In this document: piece by piece, positions 36,374 to 44,796 of the stretch | Layout of the letters: each line of letters starts with the position of its first letter | Position numbering within the stretch: the stretch's first letter is position 1 | NCBI GenBank assembly: GCA_963752625.1 | Contig: CAVVYX010000006.1 | Coordinates: 44,960-108,959 of the forward strand | Direction of reading: 5' to 3' | Origin: Vulcanimicrobiota bacterium | Lineage (GTDB): Bacteria; Vulcanimicrobiota; Vulcanimicrobiia; Vulcanimicrobiales; Vulcanimicrobiaceae | Length of the DNA stretch: 64,000 nt | Made by a program: the position numbers and the translations under genes | The notes under the pieces: generated by a model | What the model was told of the DNA's origin: nothing | Seen by the model: only the letters and a program-made list of their open reading frames with translations | Database searches by the model: none

Positions 36374-36789
36374 TGCAGCGCGTTTCGGCGCCGCGCGAGG
36401 AACGTCTCGAGGATCAGCGCGGCCGCGACTCGATCGACGACTTGCCGGCGTTTGCGGCCGGGAACGTCCGCCGCGATGAGGCTCTTGTTGGCCTGGGCCG
36501 TCGTCATGCGCTCGTCGACGCGATGAATGGTTCCGCGAAAGATCTCCCGCACTGCTTCGACGAACGACTCCATCGAGCGGGCCGCGATGCCGCGTTCTCC
36601 GGCGAGCGTCAGCGGGTCGCCCACGACGAGCTCGTCGACGCCATACGCGTCGAGATAGCCCTTGAGCGCGTCCAGATCAGCGCGCCGGTTCGTTCGCTCG
36701 ATCGTCGCAACCGGCAGCGCGAAGCTCGAGCCCGGATCCGCCACCGCCACGCCGATCCGTTTGCTCCCAACGTCCAGCGCCATGATCAT
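36370..36789 (-). CDS. ruvX: Holliday-junction resolvase-like nuclease YqgF/RuvX
   Basis: MIMALDVGSKRIGVAVAD...VVGDP...DERMTT. ATGA overlaps at both ends. Confidence 0.9.
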   Translation of the reverse strand: MIMALDVGSKRIGVAVADPGSSFALPVATIERTNRRADLDALKGYLDAYGVDELVVGDPLTLAGERGIAARSMESFVEAVREIFRGTIHRVDERMTTAQANKSLIAADVPGRKRRQVVDRVAAALILETFLARRRNALQ

Positions 36790-37532
36790 CGTTCGAAAAC
36801 GCCGAGTGCGGCCAGCGCCTTGGGACGCCGTCCTAGGTGATGCGCGACCAGCTCCTCGGCCGCGCGCGATGCGCTCGGAGTCGCACGCACCGCGGCGGCG
36901 GCCGCGCCGCCCCTGGGCCGCGCCAGGGCGCGAAGGTTGTCCAGATCGTCCGCGGCCAGCTCGGGGAGGTCGCGCCGGCGCTCGCGGCAGCCCGCGTCGA
37001 GCAGGCCGCCGGCCGCCGCGTCGAGCCACGCGGGGCCGTTGCCTAGCGTCGAGCCGCACTGGACGCAAGCCTCGAGCGGGGGCGCCAGACCGAGCATCTC
37101 GAGCAGCCGCAGCGAGAAGCGCGGCAGCAGGTCCGCAGGCGCGGTCGAGGCCGCGACGGCCGCAATGGCCCCCACGAGGAGCCCATAAACATCCGGCAGG
37201 GCCAGGTCGGGCTCGCAGAACGCGTCGAGCATCTCCGCCACGACCGACGCGACCGCGTAGCGCTCCGGCTCGACGAGCTGCGTCCAGGGCGCGCGCACGA
37301 TCTCCGCCGATACGACGACGTCGAGCGAGCGTCCGCGGTGCATGACGAAGTCGCACTCGTTGGCAAACTCGAGGCGTCCCGCGAAATGGCTGCGTGTACG
37401 GCGCACGCCTTTTGCGACGGCGTCGAGTTTGCCGCGTTCCTGCGTGAAGAGCGTCAGAATGCGGTCGGCCTCACCGAGCTGCCGCCCGCGCAAGACGACG
37501 CCGCGCGTCTTATAGGCGCGCGGCTGCGTCAG
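36786..37532 (-). CDS. recO: DNA repair protein RecO
   Basis: YKTRGVVLRGRQLGEADRILTLFT...KGVRR...C..C zinc motif. The track starts at TTG 37493, but conserved N-terminal residues lie upstream. The only in-frame candidate is CTG at 37532. Confidence 0.85.
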   Translation of the reverse strand: MTQPRAYKTRGVVLRGRQLGEADRILTLFTQERGKLDAVAKGVRRTRSHFAGRLEFANECDFVMHRGRSLDVVVSAEIVRAPWTQLVEPERYAVASVVAEMLDAFCEPDLALPDVYGLLVGAIAAVAASTAPADLLPRFSLRLLEMLGLAPPLEACVQCGSTLGNGPAWLDAAAGGLLDAGCRERRRDLPELAADDLDNLRALARPRGGAAAAAVRATPSASRAAEELVAHHLGRRPKALAALGVFER

Positions 37533-38865
37533 AGCCCTCGGATTCCTGCGGCCGCGCGATGCTGCCGTTGGTGTAGATGCGAACCGTCAAGATGCGCCGG
37601 CCGTATTTTCGATCGACGCGCAGCCGTGTGTGCTCGTTCGCGTCGATCTCCTCGCCCTCGTTAGGGAGGCGGCCGAACAGGCCGACCGTGTAGCCGCCGA
37701 TGGTTTCGAAATCTTCCGTGGGCAGCTCCGTGCCGAGCTTCGCGTTGACGTCCTCGACGTTCACGCCCGCTTCGACGACTGCCTCCGTGTCGGAGATCAC
37801 CGCGATCGGCTCCTGCTCGTCTGTGTCGTGCTCGTCGCGGATCTCGCCCACGATCTCCTCGAGCAGATCCTCCATCGTGACGAGGCCGGCCGTGCCGCCG
37901 TATTCGTCGACGACAATCGCCAGCGAGAATTTCTCGCGCTGCATCTCGCGCAGCAGTTCCGCGATCTTCTTCGTCTCCGGTACGTGGACGGCGGGGCGCA
38001 TAAGCAGCCGGACGCTCGTGTGAGCCAGCGAGCCGTTGGCAAGCGCGATGAGCAGTTCGCGATCGTGAATCACGCCGACAATGTCGTCCTTGGACTCTTG
38101 GTAGACCGGAAGCTTCGAGTAACCCTCGGCGATCACCACGTCCAGCACGCGCCGCGCCGAGTCGTCGATCGAGACGGCGATCATCTCGGGCCGCGGAGTC
38201 ATCACCTCGCGCACGATCGTATCGCCGAACTCCATTACCGAATGGATCAGCTCCCGTTCCTCTTCCTCGATGACGCGCTGCTCGGCGCCGACGTTGACGA
38301 GCGCGCGGATATCCTCTTCGGTCACGTACGTGTGGTGCCCGTGTCTGATGCGGAACAGACGCAAGAGGACGTCCGTGAGGAACCGAAACGTGCGTGCGAT
38401 CGGCGCCAAGACGAAGGAGACGTAGGCCGTCGGCAGCGCCAGGCGTAGGGCCCAACGCTCGCTGTCGCCGGTGGCGATCGTCTTGGGGATGATCTCGCCG
38501 AAAAGCAAAAAGACGATGGTCATCACGATCGTCGACAGCACTGCCGCGCGCGGCAATCCGATCTCGATCGCCGCGTAGGTCGCGAGCGACGACCCCGCGA
38601 GCAGCACAACTGTGTTCCCCACCAGGATCGAGGTCAGGAAGCGGTTCTTGTCTTCGACCAGGGGCACCAGGTTCTGCGCGCCGCGGACCTTCCGCTCGGC
38701 GATGGCGCGCGCGCGCAAGCGCGATATCGAAACGAGCGCGGCCTCAGCGGCCGCGAAGAACGCCGCCAGAATGACCAGCACGACGAGCGCGACGATCTGG
38801 TACGGCAGGCTTTCCGGGCTACTTGGAACGGGGTCGGTGTTCAAGTGAGCGCCATTATAGCACAA
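37510..38865 (-). CDS. CNNM/HlyC-CorC family transporter (DUF21, CBS pair, CorC_HlyC)
   Basis: FFAAAEAALVS is the DUF21 motif. A CBS pair region follows. C-terminal TIGGYTVGLFGRLP...RLRVDR. Confidence 0.85.
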   Translation of the reverse strand: MCYNGAHLNTDPVPSSPESLPYQIVALVVLVILAAFFAAAEAALVSISRLRARAIAERKVRGAQNLVPLVEDKNRFLTSILVGNTVVLLAGSSLATYAAIEIGLPRAAVLSTIVMTIVFLLFGEIIPKTIATGDSERWALRLALPTAYVSFVLAPIARTFRFLTDVLLRLFRIRHGHHTYVTEEDIRALVNVGAEQRVIEEEERELIHSVMEFGDTIVREVMTPRPEMIAVSIDDSARRVLDVVIAEGYSKLPVYQESKDDIVGVIHDRELLIALANGSLAHTSVRLLMRPAVHVPETKKIAELLREMQREKFSLAIVVDEYGGTAGLVTMEDLLEEIVGEIRDEHDTDEQEPIAVISDTEAVVEAGVNVEDVNAKLGTELPTEDFETIGGYTVGLFGRLPNEGEEIDANEHTRLRVDRKYGRRILTVRIYTNGSIARPQESEGSDAAARL

Positions 38866-39620
38866 CGTGGGGGCGCACCAGAACGTAGATCACCAGGGCG
38901 ACGAGCGTGCCCAGCACGGCACCCCAGAAGACCTCAAAGGGCCGGTGGATGCGCGCCTCCACGCGGCTCTGGGCGACCAAGAAAGCCACGAAATACGCGA
39001 GGATTGCGGCCAGCGGCTTCTGATAGAAGAACGCCAGCATGGTTGCCACGGCGAAGGCCAACGCCGCGTGCCCCGAAACGGCGCCCCCTTGCAGCGCCGA
39101 ACCGCGCCCGATCCAAGCCTTAGCGAAGATCGTCGCGATCGCGACGACGGCGAGCGCGATCAGCGCGACGTTGGCCGGCACCGACTGCACGGCCTCGAAC
39201 ACCCGCTGTCCTCCGCTGATGATGCCCTGGTAAAAGATCAGATACGCCGCGAGCACGGCGCCGACGGCCGCGATTAACACGGCGCCGGCCGCTGCGTCCT
39301 TGGCGGTCTTGGCCAACGGGATGATGCGCGACGGTCAGCAGGTCGACGATCGACTCGATCGCAGTATTCATCAGCTCCAGGCTCAACACGAGGGCGACGA
39401 GCGTGACAGTGGCGACCACGTAGAAACGGTCGAGCCGCAGGATCAGCGTCGCGAGTAGCACCAGCGCGGCAACGAGGAAATGCACGCGCATGTTCGGCTG
39501 CGTGCGCGTCGCGTAGATGATCCCTTCGAACGCATGATGGAACGATCGCAGGAGCCGGCTCCGCTCGATCGGGAGGTAATGCGGCTCCTTCTTGCCGCGG
39601 TCGTCGACCGGATGCTGCAT
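38855..39620 (-). pseudogene. dgkA: Diacylglycerol/undecaprenol kinase fused to a PAP2 phosphatase domain, interrupted by one +1 frameshift near 39314
   Basis: SFHHAFEGIIYA...ELMNTAIESIVDLLTVAHHP in one frame. It continues as AKTAKDAAAGAVLIAAV...VSGH...SRVEARIHRPFEV (PAP2 C2/C3 motifs) in the next frame. Confidence 0.75.
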
Positions 39621-39630
39621 CAGAGGTTGC

Positions 39631-40071
39631 CTAGTACGGCCAGGGCAGCGCGATCGAGTTCGCGAGCCGCCGCTCCTCTTTGCGCATGACGCGGCGCTCG
39701 GGCGCCGCAACGTGATCGTGCCCCATCAGATGCAACACGCCGTGGATCAGGAGGCGGTAGATCTCACGCTGCAGCGTTGCGTCGTAGTCACGGGCCTGTC
39801 GGCGCGCCGTGTCTACCGAGATCACGACGTCGCCCAAGAGCCGCTCCGCCGGGCGCGTTGCCGCTTCCTCGAACGAGAAGCTCAGGACGTCCGTCGCACA
39901 GTCCTTGCCGCGGTATTCACGGTTGAGCGTACGGATCGCGGGATCGCCGACGAGCGTCAGCGAGAGCGCCGATTCCGGCTCGCCGACGGCGTCGAGGAGA
40001 CGCTTGGCGGTCGCGACGAGCGCGCGACCGTCGATGCCGCTGCGGCGCACGTCGTTACGGTAATAGATCAG
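39631..40071 (-). CDS. ybeY: rRNA maturation endoribonuclease YbeY
   Basis: [11 protein letters not shown] zinc motif and [16 protein letters not shown]. The track start is GTG 40050. An in-frame CTG at 40071 overlaps the phoH stop (CTGA) and adds IYYRND. Confidence 0.85.
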   Translation of the reverse strand: MIYYRNDVRRSGIDGRALVATAKRLLDAVGEPESALSLTLVGDPAIRTLNREYRGKDCATDVLSFSFEEAATRPAERLLGDVVISVDTARRQARDYDATLQREIYRLLIHGVLHLMGHDHVAAPERRVMRKEERRLANSIALPWPY

Positions 40072-40995
40072 TAGGCGCGCACGATCTTCGCCACCAGCGG
40101 ATGCCGCACGACGTCGTTGTCGTCCAGCTCCACCACGCCCACGTCGCCGATGTCGCGCAGCCGCGCGGCAGCGGCACGGAGTCCGCTGCGCTGGCCAACG
40201 GGAAGATCGATCTGGGTGACGTCTCCGGTCACGACCATCCGCGAGCCGTTTCCGAGGCGCGTGAGAAACATCTTGAGCTGATCGTCGGTGGCGTTCTGCG
40301 CCTCGTCGAGAATGACGAATGCGTCAGAGAGCGTCCGGCCTCGCATATACGCAAGCGGTGCGACCTCGAGCGTCCCGCGCTCCATGTAGCGGTTCACAAC
40401 AGTGTCCTCGAGCAGATCGGCGAGCGCATCGAAGAGCGGCCGCATATACGGATCGACCTTCTCCCGGAGGTCGCCGGGAAGAAAGCCGAGTCGCTCGCCG
40501 GCCTCGACGGCGGGTCGCGACAGAATCACGCGGGCGATCTCGCGCCCCTTGAGCGCGCGGACCGCCATGACGATCGCTAAATACGTCTTTCCGGTGCCCG
40601 CGGGACCGATGCCGAACGTGAGCGTGGACTCTTCGATCGATCGAACGAAGCGCCGCTGACCTGCCGTGCGCGGGCGCACCTCGCGTCCGCGGTGCGTGCG
40701 CAGCAGCGTCACAGGGTGCGCGACAACCGATGGCGCGGCCGCGTCCGAGAGCGCGAGTGCCACGTCGTCGGGCGTAATGTGCGCGCCGCCGACGGCGGCC
40801 TCCAGGACTCGCCGCACGACCGTTTCGGCCCGCGCCACCGCGGCGATCGTCGCCGGCGAGCAGCAGGCGATCGCCGTCGGCATGAACGGCCACATCCAGC
40901 GAGGATTCTATCGCTGAGAGATTCCGGTCGTACTCTCCGAAGAGCCGCACGCGGTCGGGAAGGTCGTGGAGATCGATGGAGCGTTGGGCGGTCAA
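40068..40995 (-). pseudogene. phoH: PhoH-like ATPase, one +1 frameshift near 40848
   Basis: N-terminal [32 protein letters not shown] is in one frame. [16 protein letters not shown]...[11 protein letters not shown] (Walker A) is in the next. Confidence 0.8.
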
Positions 40996-41349
40996 CGAGG
41001 AAAGTGTTCGTCGCGCAGCCCGCGGGGCTTTCCGAGCACCTCCGCGGCTATCACGGCTCGGACGAGCCCGCTTACCCGCGAAGAACGGCGCCTCGCGTGC
41101 GGCGCGCGGCTGCATCCGGCGGCCGCTGAGCCAGCGGCCGAGGCTCCGGCGCGGGCCGGACGCGGCTTTGGAGGCGGGACCGGCAGCGGGGCACGGACGG
41201 GCGCTGCCGACCGGCCGCTTGAGGGGGTCGCCCGGCGGCGGCCGTTGCGCCTGGCGCCTGCTTGCGGACGGTCGAGATCATGCTGCTCACGACGCCGACG
41301 AAATGAGCACGACCCAGACGAGCGTCCCGAGGTCGTGCACGGCGGCGAA

Positions 41350-42361
41350 CTACTTGCCGCGGCCGGTGATCGGCGGCGCGTGCGGGTCGGTCGGGGTTTC
41401 CGTCGAGGCTCCGATCGCCGAGCGCATCTCGGTATCGGCCTGCACGTTCTTCAGGCGGTAGTAGTCCATGACGCCGAGGTTGCCGCTGCGGAACGCTTCC
41501 GCGATCGCCTGCGGGATCGGTCGCCTCCGCCTCGACGACCTTGGCGCGCATGGCCTGCGTCTGCGCCTTCTGCTCTTGCTCGGCCGCGAGCGCCGCGTAC
41601 TGCCGCTCCGCGGCCTTCGCCTGCGCGATGCGGCGGTCGGCCTCGGCCTGACTCGTCTGCAGCTCGGCGCCGATGTTCTTGCCGACGTCGACGTCGGCGA
41701 TGTCGATCGAGACGATCTCGAACGCCGTACCCGCGTCGAGGCCCTTCGCCAGCACCGTCTTGCTGATGCGATCGGGATATTCCAGAACTTCTTTATGGTC
41801 TATGTGCGGCGCCGACCGCGGAAACGACGCCTTCGCCGACGCGAGCGACGATGGTCGGCTCGCCCGCGCCGCCGACGTAACGATCGAGGTCGCTGCGCAC
41901 GGTGATGCGCGCCTTCACGTTGAGCTGGATGCCGTTCTGCGCGACGCCCTGAAAGAACGGCGTCTCGATGACCTTCGGATTCACGAACATCTGCAGCGCC
42001 TCGAGCACGTTGCGACCGGCGAGGTCGATCGCGGCCGCGCGCTGCCACGGCGAGCGGGATCTGTGCGCGCTGCGCAGCGATCATCGCGAGCGTCACGTTC
42101 TCGACGTTGCCGCCGGCAAGATAGTGCGACTGCATCTGATCGACCGTGAGGTCCAGTCCGGCCTTGCGCGCCCGCACGTAGTTCGTCACGATGACGCCCG
42201 GTGGGATCCCGATCAGGCGCATCCGAACGAGCGCGATGATTCCGAGCGGAACGCCGGCCGCGATCGTTCGGATCCACAAGCCGATCGGGAAATAGTAAAG
42301 GAACGCGAAGAACGCGATGATGATGAGGATGATTACGATCGATGCCGCTGACGGCTATCAT
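41350..42361 (-). pseudogene. floA: Flotillin-like protein FloA (YqfA family), four +1 frameshifts
   Basis: Colinear with B. subtilis FloA across four frame changes near 42346, 42048, 41807 and 41518: [94 protein letters not shown]. Confidence 0.85.
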
Positions 42362-43682
42362 TCTCTGACTCCTATGAAAGGAATGGGCTCGACGAAAATC
42401 CGCGCGCCCTCGACTCGCACGACTCGGATCGGTGTTCCCTGCGCGATGAATTCGCCCTCGGTCAGCACGTCGACGCGACGCCCATCGATCGACGCGATGC
42501 CCGCGGGGCGCAGATAGCTCACGGCGGTTCCGCGTGAGGCCGCGCAGATCCGCTGAGGTCGGCGCTGGTCACGTATTCGGGGCCCTGTGCGGCGGCCAGC
42601 GCCAGCCGGTGCGCCCAAGCGTTCTCGCGGCATCGCGCGCACGGCGAGCGAGAAAGCGATGACGGTGAGCACGATGGCCGTGGCGATCGTCTCGACGCCG
42701 ACGAAGAAGAACGGCAGCCCGAACGCCAGCAGCGCCGCGACCAGCAGCGCGCCGGCGCCGAGAATCCCGGGCAGGCCGTGACCCGGAACGACGTGCAGCT
42801 CCCACAGGATGCCCAGGAGGCCGAGCACCGCGAGCACGGCGACGAAGCCGTTGGAGAATCCGGCGTAGATGTGGCTTCCGAAGAATAGGCCGAGCGCGCC
42901 GATGCCGATGAGGCCGGCGATTCCGTGCAGCGTCTGCATCTCGATCAGTAGGCCCAGCATGCCAAGCGTCAGCAGCAGGCCGCTCACGACCGGATCGGTC
43001 GCAAAGCGCGCGAGCTGCTCGCCCCACGTGAACGATTCCGTGATGCGCGGCGCGCCGGCCAGATGCAGCTGCGGCAGCGCGGCGTCGAGCGTCGGCGCCG
43101 TTGCGTCGGCGATGCCGGCGCGCACCGCGTCGTCGGTGTTCAGCGTCAGGATCGCGCCCGCGCGCTTGTACTGCGGGAGATCGACGTTCTTATCGACCAT
43201 GGCGCCTGCGATCTTGGGGTCGCGGTGGTTGCGCTCGGCCGTGGACTCGAACTCGCCGCGCAGCGCGGACGATCTCATGCTTCACGGTGGCCGGAATCGG
43301 CTTCGGCCGCACCGATGGAGGCGCCGGGCGCCATCGATGATGCGGCCGGCCGAAAGCGAGATCAGCGCCGCCGCCGAGTACGCCCGCGCGCCGACATACG
43401 CGACGACCGGCTCCTGCGCCGAAAAGATCGCGTCGCGAATCGCGAAACGCGGCCTCGACCAGGCCGCCCGGGCTGTTGACGTCGAGCACGATCGCGCGCG
43501 CGTCGTCCTGATTCGCTTGCGCGACGGATCGCTGCGACCAGATGTGCCATGCCGTCGTCGACGGTTCCGTCGATCGGGACGATGACGATCGGGCGCCCGG
43601 TCTGCGCTGCCCGCGGCCAGGCTCGCCACGCCGCACAGCAGCAAGAACGCGCCGACCCAGGCGCGCAGGCGAGTGCCTTCAT
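42358..43682 (-). pseudogene. NfeD-family membrane-bound ClpP-class protease, at least eight +1 frameshifts
   Basis: Segments IVIVPIDGTVDDGMAHLV, DDARAIVLDVNSPGGLVEAA, EPVVAYVGARAYSAAALISL, MAPGASIGAAE, the TM region and the C-terminal LRPAGIASIDGRRVDVLTEGEFI rotate through all three frames. Confidence 0.8.
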
Positions 43683-43715
43683 GCCACTAGCTACCTAGGG
43701 CGCGAAGCCCCAAAG

Positions 43716-44164
43716 TTACGAGGCGAGCTCCTCGGTGACGATCTGGCGGACCAGGTTGCCGTCGGCCTGGCCGCGCAGCTGCGGCATCACGACCTTCATC
43801 ACCGCGCCGGCGTTGCGCGACTCGGGCGGCAGCTCCGCTAGCGACGCCCTGCACGATCGCGCGCACGTCCGCGGCGACTGCGCTGCGGCGGCAGGTAGGC
43901 CTGGAGGATTTCACGCTCCGTGCGCTCCTTGTCGGCCAGGTCGGTGCGCCCGGCCTTTTCGAACTCCGCGACCGAGTCGCCGCGCTGCTTGACGAGCCGG
44001 CGCACGACGTCGGTCTCGTCGGCGTCGGAGAGCTCCTGTCCGCTCTCGGTGCGCTTGTAGATGAAGCCCGACAGCGCGGAGCGCAGCGTGTCGAGGCGCA
44101 GCTGGTCGCGCGCTCTCATCGCCTCCTTGAGATCGGAGGCTATACGGTCTTTCAACTTTCCCAC
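43716..44164 (-). pseudogene. yqeY: GatB/YqeY-domain protein, two +1 frameshifts
   Basis: MGKLKDRIASDLKEAMRARD...ILQAYLPPQ, then DVRAIVQGVAS, then ELPPESRNAGAVMKVVMPQLRGQADGNLVRQIV, in three successive frames. Breaks lie near 43880 and 43836. Confidence 0.8.
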
Positions 44165-44178
44165 GGAGTGTTAGGGTG

Positions 44179-44349
44179 CTATGCCCGGCGCTTGCGCGCT
44201 GCGGCCGACTTCTTCTTGCGGCGGACGCTCGGCTTCTCGTAGTGCTCGTGCTTGCGCGCCTCGGCGAGAATCCCAGCCTTTTGGGTGGCCTTCTTGAAGC
44301 GACGCAATGCGCTCTCGATCGTCTCTCCCGGAGCGATGCGAACTTCCAT
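44179..44349 (-). CDS. rpsU: 30S ribosomal protein S21
   Basis: [41 protein letters not shown]. The ATG at 44349 was verified. Confidence 0.9.
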   Translation of the reverse strand: MEVRIAPGETIESALRRFKKATQKAGILAEARKHEHYEKPSVRRKKKSAAARKRRA

Positions 44350-44454
44350 GTAATCCACCCCCTTTCGCCGCGCCGCGCATCGACGCAAATACGAAAATTA
44401 GGCCCCACAGGGCCACTTTCGATAGTAGCACAGCGTCCGCGGCAGCGTCAAACT

Positions 44455-44796
44455 TCAGCCGGGCGGCCACTCCATGCGCCGCCCGGCCAACACGTGCACG
44501 TGTGCGTGATCGACGGTTTGCCCGCCGTCGCGACCCGTGTTGACCACGAGCCGGAATCCCGCCTCTCCGCCACGCTCGGTGCCCAGTTTCGCGGCGATCT
44601 CCAGCAAGCGCGCGGCAAGCGCACTATCGAGCGCCACGAGTTCTTTTACGTTCGCATGGTGCCGAATCGGCATCACCAGGAGGTGCGTCGGCGCCTGTGG
44701 ATTGAGATCTTCGATCGCGACGACGCAGTCGTCTCGATGAACCGTTTTCGCCGGCAGATTGCCTGCGGCAATCTTGCAGAAAATGCAGTCGTCCAT
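44455..44796 (-). CDS. HIT-family nucleotide hydrolase
   Basis: CIFCKI and the HVHVH histidine triad (DHAHVHVL). The start overlaps the upstream stop by 1 nt. Confidence 0.9.
   Translation of the reverse strand: MDDCIFCKIAAGNLPAKTVHRDDCVVAIEDLNPQAPTHLLVMPIRHHANVKELVALDSALAARLLEIAAKLGTERGGEAGFRLVVNTGRDGGQTVDHAHVHVLAGRRMEWPPG

Noticed and set aside
41072-41350. Arg/Pro-rich tail of ORF 41072..41755 and the N-terminal extension of ORF 40324..41115, between floA and phoH. These were considered as a possible small gene, analogous to yqfB/yqfC.
   Set aside because: The composition is typical of an out-of-frame or non-coding high-G+C translation, and no motif or convincing start was found. The roughly 350-nt spacer is left unannotated.
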